Assembly (NCBI GenBank): GCA_011109175.1
Contig: RDEW01000030.1
Coordinates: 304,094 to 368,093 of the forward strand
DNA from: Dicyema japonicum
Lineage: Eukaryota; Animalia; Dicyemida
Direction of reading: 5' to 3'
Length of the DNA stretch: 64,000 nt
Below the pieces are notes generated by a model that did no database searches, was not told the origin of the DNA, and saw only the letters and a program-made list of their open reading frames with translations. This document shows, one piece after another, positions 25,358-36,459 of this stretch. The position numbers and the translations under genes were made by a program. The first letter of the stretch is position 1. Each line of letters begins with the position of its first letter.

Positions 25358-26953
25358 ATGTTGGGTACGTATTTTGGGGGAAACTCTCAGTACAATCCTT
25401 ACAGTATCTTACATTATCCACTCCCTTTAAAAGAACGCTATTTTCGTCGTCCAATCGAGGACCTTTCTACATTTGGGAGGCCTCAAAAGGTTGGGAAATT
25501 GGTGATTCCAGGTGAACACGTGCTTCCAAGGACTTGACCGCCCTTTTTTTAATATTGGAAACCCAGATGGACAGGATGACTACCAAATTAAAAGAAATGA
25601 AGTATTAAAATATAATAAAGAGGGCAGATTTTAAATAGTGGAACCTTTAATTACGTAATCAGCGATTATTTGGGAAGAGGGACTTTCGGACAGGTTGCAC
25701 TCGCATGGGAACCTCAAGCTCAGAAATACGTGGCCTTGAAAATCCTCAAAAGGAACGATATATATTCTCAACAAGGATTAATTGAGGTAAATTTTGAAAC
25801 CATTAATTAACAAATTATCATCAATTATCATAAATTTAAAATATTAATTTATCATAAATTGTTTCATTTAAATTATCATAATTTTTAATCTATAATGTAG
25901 ATCTCGCTGCTCAAACAGATCGACCAAAGAATCATGGACCACGTGGTCTCTTTGTTAGACAATTTCTATCACTATGGACATATTGTATGGTATTTGAACT
26001 CCTGGAACAAGATCTGTTCGACTTTATTCAGGATAAGACAACGAATCCGTTCTATTTTCTGGGAATTCGAGCGATTTCATTCCAAATTCTAAAAGTGCTC
26101 GTAAAACTGAAGGAAATTGGAATCATTCACACAGACCTGAAGCCAGAGAACATAATGATCGTCAACCAGCGGAAATGGCCATATTATATCAAAATTATTG
26201 ATTTTGGTCGGCTCTTAGAAGTTCAAGGACTAAGGTCCCCAGTTATATTCAGTCGAGATTTTACAGGTATTCTATTATGGTGATTGTAGAGCTCCAGAGA
26301 TCATTCTTGGATCGGGTTTTGATTACAAGATCGACATGTGGTCCCTTGGCTGCATTATGGGTGAAATGGTGACTGGTTGGGCCATCTTTCCTGGTTCCTG
26401 TCAATACGAACAAATTAAATACATCCAGCGAGCCTGTGGACCATTTCCAGACGATTTAATTTCGACTGGAAGCAATTCCACCAATTTTTTCAAGAAAAAA
26501 AATTCGTGGAAGATAATAGTTGGTTTTATGGCTCATTAAAGGATAATGTTGAGTACTCCAAGATGACTGGCACAAAGACAAGGTCTCTTTCAAGATACTC
26601 AATCAAGGATTTCTCGGTGCTATCTGAGAAGGTAATTTTAGTGAAGCATAAAGCTGTTGAGAGATTCCAAATATTTCGAAAATACCTCGATTCTGCAAAT
26701 TTATAAGCTGGATGTCGAATATTTCATTTCGGCATTGAGGTCCATCCTTAATGTGGATCCAAGTAAGCGTCCATCTCCCGAGGAAGCTATAAATTTTCCG
26801 TTCTGGAAATTCTTCCACCACATTCCCATGAACTCCAGATGGTTGTCTCAGCTTTTTTACTTTAGGTTTCATTCTTCAGTCCAGACAATGTATATTTCTC
26901 GGGCTTGGACTTCAGGAATAGAATATTCTGTATTCACTGTGTTATATGATTAG
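25358..26953 (+). CDS. HIPK: Homeodomain-interacting protein kinase-like, essentially kinase domain only; three single-base frameshifts; both ends uncertain
   Basis: DDYQIKRNEVL, LGRGTFGQV, VALKILK, QQGLIE, MVFELLEQDLFDF, HTDLKPENIM, IIDFG, SYIQSRFYRAPEIILG, IDMWSLGC, SGCQ-like GSCQYEQI are all present. Introns 25490-25511 (22), 25787-25900 (114), 26267-26289 (23), 26632-26653 (22). Frame breaks at 25629-25632, about 26208 and 26495-26502. Could be a recent pseudogene or consensus errors. Confidence 0.85.
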
Positions 26954-27899
26954 TCGAACTACCGTCCACCAATGCAGACTCTGCAAAACCTTGGGGAGAG
27001 ATACCCAGATCGAATTGGATTGAATTACTGCCCATGTTATATTCCATAGTCGCTTTAGATATTATAGTTTTCTAACAAATTTTTATTCTTTTAAACGTTT
27101 TTTACGTTTGCTTTATTCCTTGCTATCTCATTTACGTTGCTGATTAGGTAGTGTGTCGCTATTGCTTCGAGATTGCCTGTGGGTTTGATTCCCACACTGC
27201 TACCTACCTGGTCTAGGATTACTTTCTTTGCCTTCTTCAGTTCCTAAGAGCTATATAGGATCCACTGTTCATGGCTGACAAACAAAAGAATCTCGCTTTA
27301 CATACTCCAATTGAGGTATCACCACATTGTTAGTTATGGATTGATGAGATATTTGGAAATGATGTCTCACGCTGACCACACACCAGGGATCACTTAGTTG
27401 AGTACTTTCTTTGTCTTTAACCCTTGTGATCATGAGGCGATAAATAATCTCATTATTATTGGCACGTGGAATTTATTAACTACACGTGTAGGTCATACGG
27501 ATGATCCTCCAGGCTCTTTCCGAAGGGTCTTCGAGGTTTGATAATTCGCAGGATTCACACTTTCTTATTTGCTAAGAATATCAGGCTTTCAATGCCTTTC
27601 AAGTCGCAAAATTATCCAAGGAAGACAAAGGCTTTCATCTATCTCGATCCAAGTGGGCATTTTGTGTATCCGAAGTACCTCATCGCCTCATCCATCCTAC
27701 AATTAATCACCAACCCAATATCTAATCAGAACTGATAAAGCATTGTAAATCAAAAATGTCTAATATACTTGATTATAGTGGGTTATTAAAGATTCAGCTG
27801 TCCAGGACACTTAAATCTGCGTAATTAATTATTTTGGTTATTAACCATCAGTTTTTAACAATGCTTTAACAATCAAACTTGAAATTGCCTGATTTTTGA

Positions 27900-29250
27900 T
27901 TAAAGTAGACGTCAGCATGAAAATCTGATAATCCCCATGTAATCGTGTTCATGTCTATTATTAACCTTTCAATAATGACTAGCACAATTATACTGAAAAC
28001 AATTACCACGTGGAAACTGGTAAAAGTAATTGGATTAACATTAGTGAATTTAATGTCTACCATTGGATTCCACATGCCCAGATACCTTTGCTAAATCTTG
28101 TGACAGTCCGTAGATGTAACAGAGCCGCTGGTGTAACGCTTGCAAAAAAATAATTTTTTAAAACGACATACTCCCATGGACCAGACAATATTCCTGTTAT
28201 TTTATTAAATGTTGGAGACGGGGGAGTCACTTTCCTAACGTCGGTTTTCAACTACTCAATTAACCAGAATGTGATACCATTATTATGAAAACAGGCAATA
28301 ATACGGCCAATACTAAAACCAGGAAGATCGAGAGATGACCCAGCGTTTTTTAGACCGGGAGAGGTCTTTTCAACATGGATTCAAAAATGAGAGATCCACG
28401 TCTACAGTCTCACATCTTCTCCCCAACGGAGTCCCTCAAGGATCTTCTTTATCCCCTGCTCTGTTTGACCCTTTTCTGGCCGATCTCCCGACTCTTGAAT
28501 CTGATAATGATATTCTACTTTCCTATGCGGATGATATTGTGTTGGCTTCGTAAGATCAGGACATCCATAAGGCCATAAAAAAATACAAATTAACTTGAAC
28601 AGGCTTAATGCCTGGATAATGGAAAACCGGCTCGTGGCGAATGCAGAGAAGTCGTCTACGTCACTATTTACCTCTGACAAAAGATTAAAAAGGCGGGAGG
28701 CGGACAGTCGGACAATTATCTTGAAGTTAAACAAGGTCGGCATCCCTTTCCACAGATGTCAAAGGATTTTGGATGTGACATTGATATGCATCTCTGTTTA
28801 ACACCACACGTAGAAAACATTCTATTGAAATGCGAGAATAAACTGAACGTATTGAAAAGTTTATCGGGAATATGGAAGAGTGGTACTCACCCAGTCTTGT
28901 TGAACATGTACAGACAGTACATCGAGCCATGTTTCTCACATGCATGCGCCTCGTGGGGCCCGTCCATATCTTAAACAAATATGAGGAAAATTGAAGAAGT
29001 GCAAAAGGCTTACAGAGTAACGGAGTGAGTGAAGATCACCGAAGTGGACCTACGCCTCTGGAGGCTCTTATGAGACTAGACTCCAGATTACAGGAAGGTG
29101 GTCCTGAAAATTCAGGCAGTCCTGTACGTTCATGCGCGGGCACGAAGGAAGAACACCGGGCAAAGATGAGGTCTCTGTTAGAAAGCATTAAACTTGTACT
29201 GGAAGCCTGAATGTTTTTCACAGAAAACATCTTAAATCCCTATTGGATAT
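27900..29250 (+). mobile_element. Jockey/I-group LINE, RT and 3' region, decayed
   Basis: GPDNIP..LTSVFNYSINQNVIP, KQAIIRPILKPG, QHGFK..RST, GVPQGSSLSPALF, YADDIV, WIMENRLVANAEKS, LLNMYRQYIEP..ACASW. Related pieces at 2040-2340, 10280-10860, 31448-31900, 58230-59040, 60200-60900. Confidence 0.85.
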
Positions 29251-29271
29251 ACGCTATCTGAAGGTGATCAG

Positions 29272-30999
29272 TAAAGCGAGATTTATTTTGTAATCAAGAT
29301 TTATTAGATTTATTTTTTTTATTTTGACTTTATAAATCGGAAATTTTGACCTAAAAATTGACTTTATTGACTTTAAAAATTTCAAAATTTTGAATTTTTT
29401 TGACTTGATGATAAATTTATCTAAAAAAAAATTTTTTTTAATATAAAGAAAAACTTCTTTTTTTCCCGATTTCCTTTAGGAAAGAGGCTGTAATACTTCC
29501 AGCCGCACCAGACGTCTCGATTGCTACCGGTACAAAACGGTAGCGGTCTCCAATTTCGCCATATTTTTTGATCTTGATTTTCTCGGCCAGATCGGCTGCC
29601 GAGCTGAGCATCATCGAGTTCGAGAAAGAATCCACAACAGTGCAGTCCCAAACTAATCAAAATCTTTATTAAAATACAGAATGCAATTCAAAACGTTTTC
29701 GGGTTTAAAATTTCGGTCTTTAGATAGTAATTTTTCCAATAAAAATTTCTATCAACAAATAATGATGTGGATGGACATTTTTTCAGATAGTTGTATACAT
29801 ATGAGAAATATGTTGTTTTTTCATTTTTGTGATAGAAAGTACTTGATTGACAAATAATCTTTATTACAGTACTTCATGATTTCACATAAATCGTCCCCGA
29901 AATGCAATTTCTGAATGTGTTCTACCGCGTCTTGCAAAATTCCTTATAACATCGTCAATTGACAGGTAATCGAAGAGTTAGCCGCAGAAGACAGTGAAGA
30001 CAAGATATTAAAAATATTTTCTTGGGATCAGTCAGTTTCATCAATCAAAAAAAATTTTCAGATAATGAATGAAAATAAAACCTGTAACGCTGCTTCTTGC
30101 ATAAGTTTTCTACACTTTTTCGGCAAGCGTGAGTAGAAGGAAGATTATGTCCAATACTCTCAAACAAGTCTCGTAAGCTTTACTGTTTAACTTATGCAAG
30201 GGAATATCGGATTCAATAAAAATGCTTTTTTGCAGTTACAAATGTTAGTTAGTTAAAACACCTGTAAAAACTGTCTATGGTTTCGCTTGTGCCATTTTTT
30301 CGATTATCCTTTCAGTTAGTCTTCTCCATCCTTTTCGTTGTCATGCTCGTTTCCTGATTTCGTCAGATCGTCCGCATTCATCAGTCGGCCCCCGATCACT
30401 GCGTAATCCTCCTGAGTGTCAGTATGGCCGAAAAAAATTTTCCATGGGGCCATTGCATGGTTTCTGTTCACCCATCAGTAGAATATGTCCAAAAAGGTGC
30501 CAGCGTGCTTCAAGTACGTTTAGACTTATTGGTCCACAATCAGTCAGTTTGTATAATTTATTGTTTGAGATTTTCTTTGGCAAGACTATCCAAGGAGTTT
30601 TCTTAGCTGGCCTCTGTGAAAAAGTCAAGTTGTTCCATAGTTGTCCCACATAAATTCCAAATAGAAAATTCATCAGGATATTTTCTAAAACAGAGTAAAT
30701 CTTTTCAATGTCATTATTGATTGAACGCGGCAACATAGTGAATGATGATAATTGATCCCACGATAGTATTTTATTTAAAAACTCGAAAAATTAAAAAAAT
30801 GAAAAATAAAAATCAATAAAAATTTTGACTTTATTGACCTAAAAAATTAAAATTTGACCTTTTTTGACATTACCCAAAATTTTGACTTTTTTTGACTTTA
30901 TAACTTTTGATTAATATAATGATTTTTGACTAAAAACTACATTTTTATAAGTTTTAAACAATTTTAAAGAACATATCAATTTTTGACAAAAATCACCTA
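29272..30999 (-). mobile_element. Decayed hAT transposon (CGGBP1-like), carrying nested CRE (about 29420-29660) and RTE (about 30400-30740) fragments
   Basis: GTGATCAG 8-bp direct repeat at 29264-29271 and 31000-31007; subterminal TTGAC(T/C) arrays; minus-strand FIESDIPLHKL..LFESIGHNLPSTHACRK and CPSTSLFVDRNF; second partial copy at 20790-20960. Confidence 0.55.
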
Positions 31000-32366
31000 G
31001 TGATCAGCAGCCAGAACCTATAATACACTACCTGTAAATCTTAAAGCTTGAGGACCACTGTAATGAAAACATTTAGGCATATATTGAGGATGGATCCTGC
31101 TGCTCCCGCAAATAATATCATGGAACTATACTTTCTAAGTACTGGTTCATTTCGGGGCAGACCACGGACAACACTTTCTCTGAGGCGTCTGACGGCAAAG
31201 ATTATCTGGGGTGCGGCACATCGACGTCAATTGATTAACTATATTGTTGTTGCGAATTTGCATTATTATTAACCACCTAAAGGTCATCGTTTCCCGAAAA
31301 CTCGGATGATTTTTAGGGCATTGATAAAAATGTTGAAGAGGGCCTGTTTTGTTGTTATTCTAGTAGGAACGTTTCTGGAGTCATAGACGCCGAATTAGTA
31401 CTAGTGATTCTGTTGGCGGCTCTCTGATTTTTTGTCATTTTATTCATTCAAAAAAGGGTAAAGATCATTGACCACGTTGCACACAATTCTGGCAGGACAA
31501 ATTGTCTGTAAATAGAGAGAGGGAATCCAAAACCTTTTGAGATGATTCTTAATGCTGTCACCCCATTTCTGAATATTGGCGAAAGTCCCTGGTCACATAT
31601 GACTCCCAAGATGCTTAGCGTACTATCGACTGGATATCGTACTATTACGGAGGATCTTGGTTTGATGTTGTGGTCCCTTTTAGACGAATTGAACAATGTT
31701 GCAAACGACTTGGAGAAATCCCAGTCGTAGTTGAGCAACCACGGGGTCAGAGTGTCATTCAATTTGTGTATGACCCCAGTGGCTGCTTGAAGGACTCTAG
31801 TGATTATACTATCATCTGCATAGGCGAGTATGATAAATTTTTTAGATTTTAGCGTATCGCGCATAAATAGAGTAGAAATCCTTGATGTACTCCATTGGGG
31901 AGACGAGTCTTTGATTTCATTTAGTCACATTTCACTTGGCCTCATCTTACCTCAGGAGTTAATACGTTTAACATTCAAGAATATCCATGTCCAAAATTTG
32001 CTTTGAAATTTTTGAAATAATTCCACTTTTTGCAAAATTAACCAAATAGCATAGTGATAAGCGAATTCACTAGTTAGACTAATTGGGGGGTTCGATTTTC
32101 ACGCCGCTACCTACCTTATCGAAGGATTTTATACCTCTTGTGCATTCCTTGAATTATAAGAGTGGTCACGTCATCTACTTTCTCAGGAAAAGCCTACGGG
32201 ATTCGAACCAAGACATTGGGGCATATGATTTTTTCATAAATAAAATCTTCAGCAGTGCTCGCTGCGGAACATGGGCGCAACGATGACTTGAGCAGATGCG
32301 TACTAGAGATAAGAAGCTCCAGGCCTATGAAGGTAAATGCCATTAACTTTATTTCTATTTTAAATA

Positions 32367-33340
32367 CCCACTTTATTTAACAAACAATAAAAAAGTTAAT
32401 ATATTTAATAATCAACAACCTTCCTCGCCTGCCTGTTCGCCAGCCTCCTCAGGCAGGTTCGATTCTGGTTGCTGAAACAACTCCGAGAGCGCCTTGTCCA
32501 ATTGAACCCTCTGCCCATATGGCATCTCAGGGCTCTGCCTCCTATACTCCAGTGTCAGGCTCTCTAGGGTCCGCTTTAACACAGTGGACTGTAGATAGGC
32601 CTGGAGCTTCCTATCTACCTCTAACTGCTTCAGATAACCCTTGTGGTACTTTGTTGCAATTCCTTTTCACGTCATTACTATAGGATAACGAGGACTTGCA
32701 ACCAAGAATCTGCCCCATCTAGTTTGCAAGAAAGTCATACTTCCTTTTTTTCTTCACCTCCACAGTCTGCAAACGGTCTTGAGACGTGATGCCAACCTCT
32801 ATAATAAGGACTTGGCCAAACTCCTTATCGTGTACCACAATGTCCGGTTTATTGTGTTTGATTAGCACCGAGGTACGGATAACACTGTCTACCTTAATTT
32901 GGACCCTGGTGTTCTCTACTACAGATTGCACCTTATGAGTCCGCAACTTTCTGGTGTAGCAATACCATACTTATTGCATAGTAGAAGATGAAGACTCCTT
33001 ACCCCATGTGGAAAGCATTTCCGCGTCCTGCTGAGAACATACACTATGACCATTTTCATGTAAGCGACGGTAAAACAATCTGCGATTAAACTCAAACAGA
33101 TTATTTTCTCTCCTTCTCTTACACCGACTTTCATGAGTTTCCTCTTATACACCATTATTGCCCCCTCTAACTCCACCTTTACCCTCCTCAACTCTTTGAG
33201 GTCCATTTGGGAACACGGAGTTTACTAGTTAGCCCTTTACTATAGGCGGTGCTTTTCCTCTAACCCCTCTCGCCACACTACTTATGTGCCCCTCCAGTGC
33301 TTCCAGCTCAGTCTATCTCAAAGCAATCTTGGCACAGATC
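32367..33340 (-). mobile_element. R4/NeSL-like non-LTR element 3' region with REL endonuclease
   Basis: IKHNKPDIVVHDK...LIIEVGITSQD..KKRKYDFLAN. Its 3' 227 bp recur almost identically, inverted, at 47006-47232. A matching RT piece (NYRPITCMPTLYK..SQLGT) lies at about 37020-37170. Confidence 0.8.
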
Positions 33341-34506
33341 TGCTCCCTCCATTTACTGGGTGGTCTGAGCTTGTCTGTCATTTCATCCTAGGTGATCTGT
33401 GCTGCATACAACACTAGGGAGATGTCATCAAATGATCCTACTGACTTAGCTGCCACCGCATAAACCACAGCTTTATTGATACAGGTTAACACTACTCTGT
33501 TAACCTTACAATGAAGTATCTGGCCGGTAAATCTACGGTCCTAAAGTAGGACATATGCCGCTGCAGCAAGATTACGCGCGAAGACCTCATAAACATGCTT
33601 GAGCTGCAACGTATCACAGCTCTGGTGCTCATGCTCTCTTTGACTGTTGTGGTCATCTGGTCCCCGCCCCTTTAGACCAGTACCCTATTTTCCTACAGCC
33701 ATTTTCTTGAGTTCACTCACAGATATGGCAGTACTGAATCTGACACTGCAGAGCTCCGCCAAATATGGCCAACCATTCCAGGGCATTCGAGATAGCCTGC
33801 TACGTACTTGCAGGATTACCTGCCTCGCCATTCTTTTGGGTCATCTGCCACAACGCTCATAAATTCAGTAATACGGATGAAAGTCATAAATTCATTGGAC
33901 AAGTTCAGGACTGGTGCGGGGGATGAGATTGTCTACGGAAAAATCCAGCTCTCTACGAGTGAGTCGTTTAAGGAGGCATCAGAAGCAGCCTTACTCATTA
34001 GAGATTCCTAAAGTAAACTCAATGCGCTACCTCGGGATAGCAATCGATGGAAATGGTCCCTTCATGGAGGACATAAGACGGAGAAGGAAGAAGGCGCTTC
34101 AAGCACTCTTATGTACGAGAAAGTTGCTTGTAAGCCTGGAAACCTTCTTGTTCATCTTCATGAGGATCATCCTACCGGAACTGCTATATGGATGCGAAGC
34201 ATGGTTTTTCTCTTGCCAAAGAAAAAGAATAATGTTTCTCATGGAAAAAACCAGAAAGTCGGCAATAAAGTTGGCTTTAGGAAAAAGGCTCTGGGATGCT
34301 CTCAGCACTGAAGAAGACATGATTCTAACTCCTGTTAAAAACATCATAGAGAAAAGAATCAATGGGATCCGACGATAGAAGATAACTAAATGGAGTGTGG
34401 ATACATCGGAAGTGTCCAGGCCGCATAGGCGGACACGTTTAAATATCCTAAAAAAATAACTCCTTACTTACTTTGGAATAAATTTGATTTGATTTGAAAG
34501 TCATAA

Positions 34507-34686
34507 ATGGTTTGCTGGGTTTAAATCATCATTTAGGGGAACACTCCAGAGGCCCAACTAAAAAATCTCTGTGATGTAGATGAAAGACGTAAGGTTAATG
34601 CACGATGGTACTACCTAAAAGACCCAGGTAGTCCAATGGATAGATTCAAAAGGTGGTGCCCTTTTACTGAAGGTTCTAAAAAGTAA
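34507..34686 (+). CDS. Orphan microgene A, 50 aa (63 aa to 34766 if a second 41-nt intron 34673-34713 is spliced), N-terminal MGN
   Basis: ATG followed directly by a 27-nt GT-AG intron (34510-34536); product MGNTPEAQLKNLCDVDERRKVNARWYYLKDPGSPMDRFKRWCPFTEG. Aligns without gaps to microgene B (15/40 identities), with the same intron position and length. Confidence 0.6.
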
Positions 34687-34959
34687 GATTAATCAACTCT
34701 TTGTATACCAAAGGGGTTAATCGTTCGCCATATGGAGGAAATGATCACTATGAGAGACTACACTGAAGACTTTTAATTCTACAATGACAAAAGGGAGAGG
34801 TTCATCATTCCAAAAAATTACAGAAATCCGAAAAAATTATAAGACAATTTTATTAACTTTGCTGCTAATTTGTATTATTGATGCTTAACAACGTGTTTTG
34901 AATCATATTGAGGGACTCTAATAGTAATATCTGGTAGTTGCTTCAGGCTCTCTTCCGCA

Positions 34960-35586
34960 GTTTTTCGAGCCACTCGATCGGTCTCATAAAAATTGCTGCG
35001 CATGGGCCAAGTCCGTCTTGGAAATTTTGTTTTTGAGAGAAATAATTAAGGAATGTTCGAAATCTTAAGACACATCGTCAATTCTTCGCATTATGTCGCT
35101 ATGTTATGTTATCCAATTAAGTCGTGTCCGACCCTTGGAGATCTCATGAACGAGTTTCCTCCACTCTCCCGATCCGTTGCAATTTGGAGTAGCCTTGATA
35201 TAGGCATTCCCGTGACGTCTTCCACCATGGATAGCCACCGAGTCCTTGGTCGGCCAGGTCTTCTCTTCCTAGTAATATTGCTCAGCATAATGTTTCTTTC
35301 CAGTGAATCAGAGCGGACAACATGCCCAAAGAACGCCAATCTGTGTTTTACGATTCTTCCTTCTAGCGAAATGTCAGTCTCTACCCGTTTGAGTACATCG
35401 ATGTTTGTTATTTTGGAAGTCCAAGGGATTCTTAGTAACCTCCTCCAGCACCACAGCTCAAAAGCTTCAATTTTTCGTCTATCCGTCTTTTTCAATATCC
35501 ATGATTCTGCGCCGTATAGAAAAACAAAGAACACGATTGCATTAACTAGTCTGCATTTGGTCCTTAAGGAAATATGTCGCTACTAA
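34960..35586 (-). mobile_element. RTE/BovB-like LINE 3' fragment
   Basis: LYGAESWILKKTDRRKIEAFELWCWRRLLRIPWT..FFGHVVR..RRPGRPRTRW. Confidence 0.85.
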
Positions 35587-35699
35587 ATGGAATATTTTTA
35601 ATAATTCGGAAGATTCCCTCTCAGAATATGTTTTACAAACAATTCTACACAGAGAAGTACAACTCAATCAGATATCGAATGAGGATTACTTAAATAAAT

Positions 35700-35960
35700 T
35701 AAAATAAATAAAAAGTATTTGCGATAACTCTGCAACTTTATATGAATACAAATGCCCTTAATAGTTTGAGGACTATTAGCTATTTAATGAAGGTCCTTTT
35801 GTTGTAGTTTCTCTTTAGGCTTCTAAAAAATTCAATAGCTTTTTCTAGTGCGTTTTGCGTGTTCTGACAAGCGAGATGGTTTCATCACTTTTTTAGAAAA
35901 ATCCACACCACAATAAAACACAAAATTTTAAGTGGATCCTTTGGATTTCGAATAAAATCA
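35700..35960 (-). mobile_element. hAT (Charlie/Buster-like) transposase N-terminal remnant
   Basis: Minus strand MKPSRLSEH preceded by a Cys-containing segment, like the MKPSxLxRH motif of Charlie/ZBED5. Confidence 0.45.
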
Positions 35961-36222
35961 TAAAATAAATAGTTCTCTTTGTATTCCCTTATTTTTTAAC
36001 AGTTCCCATAAAAGTTGCACTCTTTTTTATTTAGAACCCCGAAATCACAGAGAAAGAAAGACAGAAAACTGTGTTAGTACACTAAATTATCAATCATGAT
36101 AATTTATCATCAATAAAATCCTCAAGGTCTAACTATAACCTAAAAAATTATCTTTGTTTTTTAAGTTCCTTTAATAAACGTATAAATTTTCCTCTTAGTC
36201 ACGTGGTATCGTGAGATGAGAA

Positions 36223-36230
36223 TATAAAAG
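36223..36230 (+). promoter_or_regulatory. Candidate TATA box of microgene B
   Basis: TATAAAAG ends 25 nt before the ATG at 36256; CACGTG at about 36200. Motif match only. Confidence 0.3.
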
Positions 36231-36255
36231 GCAGTAATACGAATGGAAAGTAAAA

Positions 36256-36459
36256 ATGGTTGCTGTATTTAAATCATCATTTTAGGGTAACGCTCACTCT
36301 TCCAAAACAAAAAATCCCCTTGAAGTGGAAAAGGAATATAAATTGGATGGGAACTTTTACAACTTTAACGACTCGAAGGGTCCAATGGATAGATTTAAAA
36401 AGGCGATCGGTTTGATGAGGAATAACTCATTTGGAAGCTACTCATTTTACGATGAGTAA
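36256..36459 (+). CDS. Orphan microgene B, 58 aa, N-myristoylation consensus MGNAHS
   Basis: ATG followed directly by a 27-nt GT-AG intron (36259-36285); product MGNAHSSKTKNPLEVEKEYKLDGNFYNFNDSKGPMDRFKKAIGLMRNNSFGSYSFYDE. Paralog of 34507-34686; TATAAAAG upstream. Confidence 0.65.

Noticed and set aside
27866-28330. Minus-strand ORFs with a hydrophobic segment and GT-AG mini-intron candidates, resembling a membrane-protein gene
   Set aside because: The plus strand of 28170-28345 encodes clear RT motifs (GPDNIP, KQAIIRPILKPG); that part is an antisense shadow, and no start could be built for the rest.
34507-34686. Loose resemblance of microgene A to NCS-1/recoverin or calcineurin B N-termini
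   Set aside because: No EF-hand loop consensus and the proteins are far too short.
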